Assembly (NCBI GenBank): GCA_965660945.1
Contig: CBFIBS010000013.1
Span: forward strand, 11,271 to 75,270
DNA: 64,000 nucleotides
Source: Alphaproteobacteria bacterium
Lineage (GTDB): Bacteria > Pseudomonadota > Alphaproteobacteria > UBA7985
Reading direction: 5' to 3'
This document shows, one piece after another, positions 58,763 to 64,000 of this stretch. A model generated the notes under the pieces. It did not search any database and had not been told where the DNA came from. It saw only the letters and a list, made by a program, of their open reading frames with translations. The position numbers and the translations under genes were made by a program. Numbering within the stretch: the first letter of the stretch is position 1; each line of letters begins with the position of its first letter.

Positions 58763-59784
58763 GCCGCCCCTTTCAGATCTATCCAGACAAGATGATGGTC
58801 CGAAGCCCGGTTCAGACCTACCAGAGGATCGCGTCTCCCAAACCAGCAGACTCCGCTGTCTACGATCGATAATGTAACTGCCGGTAAAACGTAGTCCACC
58901 CGCATTCCGCCATGGAAACCCGCGGTGTTTTGACCACCTGCCCCCATCGGCCGAGGATCTTGTACACGCGGGTGATTAAGGATTTGTTGCACCGCGCCCT
59001 TAAGGCTGTCGCCTCGAATGGGATCAGCATTGAGGTCGCCAAGGATGACAAATGCAGCATCTGGGGGAATTCCCCCGGGCTGTCCGTCATCGTCAACGAG
59101 GTAGTCGGCACCATCGAGATAATCCGCCCAGAGCCGGATTTCGTCGGCATTGCGGCGTTGATTGCGCCGCTCGGGACCATCAAAAACGGGCGGGGTCGGA
59201 TGGCTGAGCAGCAGATGTAACGCCCCTAGCTCTGGCACCTCTACCACTGCATCAACATGGTTCTTTGAACTCAGCCGCAGCACAGCCTGTGCTTCAGGGC
59301 TGAAATAATCGCCCCGCCCGCTTCCTGGATGAGCGTCGGGCAGGCGCGCGCCAGGCATATCCCGCCAAAGCAAACGGCCGAAGCTGCGCACGCTGGTCAC
59401 CGGAAACCGACTGAGCAGGGCAAAGCCGTACTGTCCGGGAAAGGCACCGTAGCCTTGCGCGTTTTCGGGGCTATCGATCGAGCCGCTACCGGTCAGGTCG
59501 TACCCGCTCTGCACGCCAGTATTGCTGGTAAAGGCCCGAGCGCCAAAAGCGGAATGCTCCGGCAAGGCGTCGCTAAGCCGTTGTGCGAAAGCGTTCGCCG
59601 CTGATTCTGTTTCATCAAAATCAAGTTCGTTGATCAAAACGATATCGGGGTTTGCATGGGTTAGTACAGCGAGTAGATCAGCAATTTGCTGGTCTTTTTT
59701 AGCCTTCAACCGCTCCGTCGTCTCACCCGGCTCTTTGCCGAACAAGGACACGTTGTAAGTTGCCACCCTAATTGTGTTCTGCAC
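58759..59784 (-). CDS. Endonuclease/exonuclease/phosphatase (EEP) family protein
   Basis: ATYN, INE, SHPTPPVFDG, GDLNAD, RVDYV and SDH motifs; stop overlaps the permease start. Confidence 0.9.
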   Translation of the reverse strand: MQNTIRVATYNVSLFGKEPGETTERLKAKKDQQIADLLAVLTHANPDIVLINELDFDETESAANAFAQRLSDALPEHSAFGARAFTSNTGVQSGYDLTGSGSIDSPENAQGYGAFPGQYGFALLSRFPVTSVRSFGRLLWRDMPGARLPDAHPGSGRGDYFSPEAQAVLRLSSKNHVDAVVEVPELGALHLLLSHPTPPVFDGPERRNQRRNADEIRLWADYLDGADYLVDDDGQPGGIPPDAAFVILGDLNADPIRGDSLKGAVQQILNHPRVQDPRPMGAGGQNTAGFHGGMRVDYVLPAVTLSIVDSGVCWFGRRDPLVGLNRASDHHLVWIDLKGAA

Positions 59785-59942
59785 CCGTCGCCTCTATGGC
59801 TCTTTGGCTATACTGTCAGCCTCGTCAGGAAAAACAGACCAAAACTCCACCACTAAGATCCTATGGATTATTGCTACTTCTCGCTAGTCAAATTCTGAAC
59901 ATCTCGCTCAGATTGGGCTGGCTGCCCCTAAAGATGCAGCCC

Positions 59943-61220
59943 TTAGACGCGGCTTGCTAGCCGGGGTAAACCGGCGAAAAAGCCCTGCACGTGCGAGGCG
60001 CCAGCAGCCTCGGCTAGCGCGCGTTCAGCTGCGTTCTCTGCACCCTCGGCGACGAATGTCAGCCCCCAACTAGCAGCTAACCGTGATAATCCGGCCATGG
60101 CGCCAAAGCTATCGGTATGAGCCACTACATGGCGTAGCAGTGAGCGGTCAGACTTAAACCCATTGACGTCCCCCGCCACCGCCTCACTCAGCGATGCCAC
60201 CCCACTGCCCAGATCATCGAGCCAAACAGCCACACCGGTTGCCTGAAAGTCCCGGATATTGTCTGAAAGGTTCGGTTTGACCAAGGCCGCCGACGCGTTT
60301 CCCCTTACCGCCGGATCAGGGGCTACCTCAGTGATCTCCAGTGCCAGCCGCCTCAGGCTCGCCGGACGGGCACAGCGCAACAAATTGAGGGCCTGCGCCC
60401 TCCAGTTCTTGCGGCCAAGCGAGGTGCGGCTGACATTGACGCTCAACGCCAGCGATGGCCTGGCCTTAAGTTCTCCGATTGCATGCTGCAGCACCCGCAA
60501 GTCCAACTCTGCCAGATCGGCAGCGGTTTCGCTGCCGTCCAGAACCTGCCCAGCGGTCAGCACCCGGCCGTCAGGGCCCTGAAAGCGGGCCAGGCACTCA
60601 TAGCGATCTGGGACTTCGCTGCCCACGGGAAAAATGCCGTGATGAGCAGCTCGAACCCCTCCAGCATCGAGAAACTGGCGCAGGGTTGGCTGCACTGGTG
60701 TCGGTACCCGATCTGTAGCGCGGGACCTTGCCGGTCTCATGATGTGGTTTGTATTCTGATTTGAGGCGTTGTTCGACGCTTTAGCCGCCGTCCCCCAGGC
60801 CCGGACGTCAACAAAGCAGTTAGCGAAGGGCAGTGGCAGGCCGGCAGCTGACTGCAGGCTGTTTCGCAACGCGGCCAGCAGGTCCTCAGCTTCGGGGACG
60901 GTATTCTCTTCCGGCGGTAGCAGGAACAAACATGCCGTCCGATCCTGTTTCAAGGGCGGTTTAGGCACAAGCGCGTCAAATGCTAGATCCAGTCTTTCAC
61001 GCAAGGCCGCAGCGGAGCAGACCTTGACCTGCAGCGTTAGCCAGCGAGAGGCAGATGAAAATGCAGCGGGCTCCCAGCTGAGCACGACGCCAACAGCACT
61101 CGAAGCTGAGGCGACTGCCTCAGTCACGGGCAACCAAGCAGTATCAGGCTGCACCGAAGTGAGGTTTGTCAGATCGCGTTTCAGTTGCAGGGAGATGTCC
61201 AAGTTCAGGGTCAGTTCCAT
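59943..61220 (-). CDS. EAL-domain protein (c-di-GMP phosphodiesterase-like)
   Basis: YECLARF, SVNVS, LEITE, LDDLGSG, KSDRS, AEGAE and QGF motifs. Confidence 0.82.
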   Translation of the reverse strand: MELTLNLDISLQLKRDLTNLTSVQPDTAWLPVTEAVASASSAVGVVLSWEPAAFSSASRWLTLQVKVCSAAALRERLDLAFDALVPKPPLKQDRTACLFLLPPEENTVPEAEDLLAALRNSLQSAAGLPLPFANCFVDVRAWGTAAKASNNASNQNTNHIMRPARSRATDRVPTPVQPTLRQFLDAGGVRAAHHGIFPVGSEVPDRYECLARFQGPDGRVLTAGQVLDGSETAADLAELDLRVLQHAIGELKARPSLALSVNVSRTSLGRKNWRAQALNLLRCARPASLRRLALEITEVAPDPAVRGNASAALVKPNLSDNIRDFQATGVAVWLDDLGSGVASLSEAVAGDVNGFKSDRSLLRHVVAHTDSFGAMAGLSRLAASWGLTFVAEGAENAAERALAEAAGASHVQGFFAGLPRLASRV

Positions 61221-61276
61221 ACCGACAAGACCTTGGGAGGGGGATGCCTCATCGTCAAGGCTCGAAGCGGGCCTCA

Positions 61277-61468
61277 GATGACGACTGCCAACCCTGCCAC
61301 AACTGCTCGGATACGGTGATCAAGCGCAACAAGTGCCTGACCATCCGGAAGAGCTGGCGTGACAACAACGGCAACGTCTCCATGGTCTCGCGCAAGCTGG
61401 GCCTGTTGCGAACGACCATCTAAGCGCACATCAGCCGCTCCGACGCTTTTACCGAAGAGACGAACTGA
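61277..61468 (+). pseudogene. 3' remnant of a Fis-HTH (sigma54-activator-type) regulator gene
   Basis: CQPCHNCSDTVIKRNKCLTIRKSWRDNNGNVSMVSRKLGLLRTTI*AHI resembles GNVS.AAR.LG.SRTT.Y, with TAA at the Tyr position; no upstream AAA+ domain. Confidence 0.6.
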
Positions 61469-61505
61469 CGCTCAGCGGACGGGGGCGGGCAGGTCAGACC
61501 GGTGA

Positions 61506-63092
61506 TCAGGCTTCTGAAGTCGGGAACGGCACGCTGTTGATGACGTCGATTTCCAGCTCGGCAAGCTGTTCGATCAGGCCTGCCTTGACCTCTTGAAACC
61601 GCTCGTGGTTCCACAGGTTGACCATCTCGTCCGGGTCGGTCTCAAGGTCGAACAGCTCGTTCTGCGCCTTGCCACGATAGAGTGTGAGTCGCCAGCGGTC
61701 GCGGATGATGGTGTGGGCGCGCGGTGTCTGGCCGAAGGCCTTCTGCGGGCGCTGGGTTTCGTACTGGATGAAAGCCGTCTGCCGGCCGCCCCCACCGGCC
61801 ACGGACAGCGGCTGACCCTGCATGCCGTCGGGGGCTTCAATGCGGGCGTGCTCCATGATCGTGGTGCCGATGTCCAGCGTCTGTCCCAGTTCGTCCGAAA
61901 GCGTGCCGGTGGCGCCCTTGGGGTCCGACCAGATGAAGGGGACGTGGGTGATGGTGTCGTACTGTTCAGTACCCTTGAACAGCAGGCGGTGGTCGCCGAG
62001 GTGGTCGCCGTGGTCTGAGGTGAAGATCTGCACCGTGTCATCGGCCAGCCCCGCCTGATCCGCCGCCTCGCGAACCCGGCCGATGGCATCATCGACCATG
62101 GTGATCATACCGCAGGTCAGGGCGCGGGCTTCCTGCGCTTCCCGGGCTGACACCGCCAGTGAGTAGCCCATTTTCTGCCCCAGCGTCGGGTCTTCGGCCC
62201 GGGCCTCTTCGGCCAGCCGGATATAGTCGGGCATGACCCAGTCCTCGTCGGTGAAGGCCCGTGGGATTTCCATATCTTCGGGCTTGTACATGTCCCAGTA
62301 CTTGCCCGGCGGATTAAAGGGATGGTGAGGGTCGGGGAAGGACACCATCAGGAAGAAGGGCCGGTCCTGATCCTCGCGGCCCGCCAGCCACTCACAGGCC
62401 TGATTGGCGATGTAGGTGGTGGAATAATACTCCTCCGGCACCTTGGTCCGCACTGCCTGCGGTACCGTGTAGTCATGGGGAAACTGCTGATCCCGGCCGC
62501 GCAGCGCAAGCACGTCAGGCGCGACCCGGCGCAGCCATTGTTCGTAGTCTCCGCCGGTGTTGGTGCCGTGGCGCAGCACACAATCGTAGTGGTCGAAGCC
62601 GTAGAACGGGCTGGGGGACCGGGCGTCTTCGTTCTTCCAGTAGCCCGGGCGCTCGTATTGGAATTCGTCCGAGTCCAGATCCGAGCGGATCGCGTCCCTG
62701 AGTTCCGGGGGCGGCGGGGTGAAGCCTTCACGAAGAGGCTTGCGCTCGTACTGGGTCGGGAAATTGCTGACGTTCTGCAGGTGGCTCTTGCCGATCAGGG
62801 CGGTGTCGTAGCCCGCCGCACGCATGACCTCGACGAAGGTTACCTGATCCATGTCCAGCGGGATCCCCAGCGACCGCACCCCATGGCTGGTCGGCATGCG
62901 GCAGGTCATCAGGCTGGCCCGGTTGGGCATGCACACGGGTGCAGCGACATAGAAACGCTCGAACCGCACGCCTTCGGCGGCCATAGCATCGATATGGGGG
63001 GTGCTCAGGCTCGGGTGGCCGTAGCAGCCCAGATAATCCGCGCGCTGCTGGTCGGTAATGAACAGGATGTAGCTCGGACGTTGGGTCGACAC
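61506..63092 (-). CDS. Cys-type (formylglycine-dependent) sulfatase
   Basis: FITDQQR, CMPNRASLMT (CxPxR), GKSH, PDPHHPF and SDHG motifs; no signal peptide. Confidence 0.93.
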   Translation of the reverse strand: MSTQRPSYILFITDQQRADYLGCYGHPSLSTPHIDAMAAEGVRFERFYVAAPVCMPNRASLMTCRMPTSHGVRSLGIPLDMDQVTFVEVMRAAGYDTALIGKSHLQNVSNFPTQYERKPLREGFTPPPPELRDAIRSDLDSDEFQYERPGYWKNEDARSPSPFYGFDHYDCVLRHGTNTGGDYEQWLRRVAPDVLALRGRDQQFPHDYTVPQAVRTKVPEEYYSTTYIANQACEWLAGREDQDRPFFLMVSFPDPHHPFNPPGKYWDMYKPEDMEIPRAFTDEDWVMPDYIRLAEEARAEDPTLGQKMGYSLAVSAREAQEARALTCGMITMVDDAIGRVREAADQAGLADDTVQIFTSDHGDHLGDHRLLFKGTEQYDTITHVPFIWSDPKGATGTLSDELGQTLDIGTTIMEHARIEAPDGMQGQPLSVAGGGGRQTAFIQYETQRPQKAFGQTPRAHTIIRDRWRLTLYRGKAQNELFDLETDPDEMVNLWNHERFQEVKAGLIEQLAELEIDVINSVPFPTSEA

Positions 63093-63152
63093 CCCCTCGA
63101 TCTCCCTCTTTCTCGACGGGCCCGGCCAAGCCAGGCCCCGCCCCGCTAACGA

Positions 63153-64000
63153 TCAGGCGCTGGCTGGTGCCGGTTCGCCCTCTGCTTTGCCATTGTCATC
63201 GCGGCCTTCACCATCGTCGCCGTCGCGCCGGGCGCGGACGTAGTGTACCGCCATGATCGCGAACCAGGCCAGCACCGCCGGGCCATAGACTGCGAATGGC
63301 TTGAACAGGATCAGGGCAGCAACCACCAGACGCAAGCCAATTTCAATCGGGCTGAGTGCCCGCGCGTCGTAGCCCGCCAGAGAGCTCGAAACGAAGTACA
63401 TGGCGAGGATCACCCGGATCAGCAGCAGAGCGAGTGCCTGATACTGGATGTTGCCGTCATAGCCTTCAAGGAACAGCCCTGGCACCTTCGGATCCATCAC
63501 GGCTTTGTCGATGAGCAGCAGCTCGGGGTAAATCGCGAAGACAAACGGAATGGTGAAAATCACGATGCCGGAACGAACCGCTGACAGCCCGGTCTGCATG
63601 GGGTCGGCCTTGGTGATGGTCGCTGCGGCAAAGGCAGCCAGCGCCACTGGCGGCGTAATCGCGGAGGCGACGGCAAAGTAGAAGATGAACATGTGCGAGG
63701 TCAGCGTCGACAGACCCAGACCGACCAGCATCGGGCCGAGCAGCAGTGCCACGTTGATGTAGGCCGGCACTGCGGGCATGCCCATGCCCAGCACCACCGC
63801 CAGCACCATGGTCAGCAGCAGCGCCAGCAGCACAAACCAGACCGAGCCGCTGCCGATATCGAAGGCGCGCAGGAAGGTCAGGACGTCCACGGACAGGAAC
63901 TTGGAGAATGCGGTAAGGGTCAGGCTGACGTCGATTACGGTCACCGCGAGGAACATCAGGTAGAGCGTGGCGATGCTCACCCCGGCGGCGGCAAGCGCGC
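63153..64000 (-). CDS. TRAP transporter 4TM/12TM fusion permease, 3' part
   Basis: LGMGMPAVPAY and HMFIFYFAVASAITPPVALAAFAAA; continues beyond the window. Confidence 0.92.
   Translation of the reverse strand, partial: ALAAAGVSIATLYLMFLAVTVIDVSLTLTAFSKFLSVDVLTFLRAFDIGSGSVWFVLLALLLTMVLAVVLGMGMPAVPAYINVALLLGPMLVGLGLSTLTSHMFIFYFAVASAITPPVALAAFAAATITKADPMQTGLSAVRSGIVIFTIPFVFAIYPELLLIDKAVMDPKVPGLFLEGYDGNIQYQALALLLIRVILAMYFVSSSLAGYDARALSPIEIGLRLVVAALILFKPFAVYGPAVLAWFAIMAVHYVRARRDGDDGEGRDDNGKAEGEPAPASA

Overview
GC-rich alphaproteobacterial chromosome segment (alpha-type LexA box, alpha-type RNase E). The left half has core genes (uvrA 5' part, coaD, gyrA, ssb, moaD, mrcA, amiC, rne, frameshifted prfB), interrupted by a six-gene MoxR/DUF58/vWA/TPR operon. 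Two core blocks are in an order that looks locally inverted. The middle has accessory envelope and secreted proteins (KpsS-like protein, pseudo-caspase with SH3b repeats, serralysin-like RTX protease). It also holds a catabolic cluster with a scrambled betaine-family ABC transporter, a structured MITE-like element and a GAF-sulfotransferase fusion. The right end has a visibly lower-GC segment (EEP phosphoesterase, sugar/G3P-type ABC without ATPase, EAL protein) bordered by a Fis-HTH gene remnant, then a sulfatase and a TRAP transporter. I saw no rRNA, tRNA, CRISPR array or transposase. All calls come from reading motifs by eye; no database searches were run.
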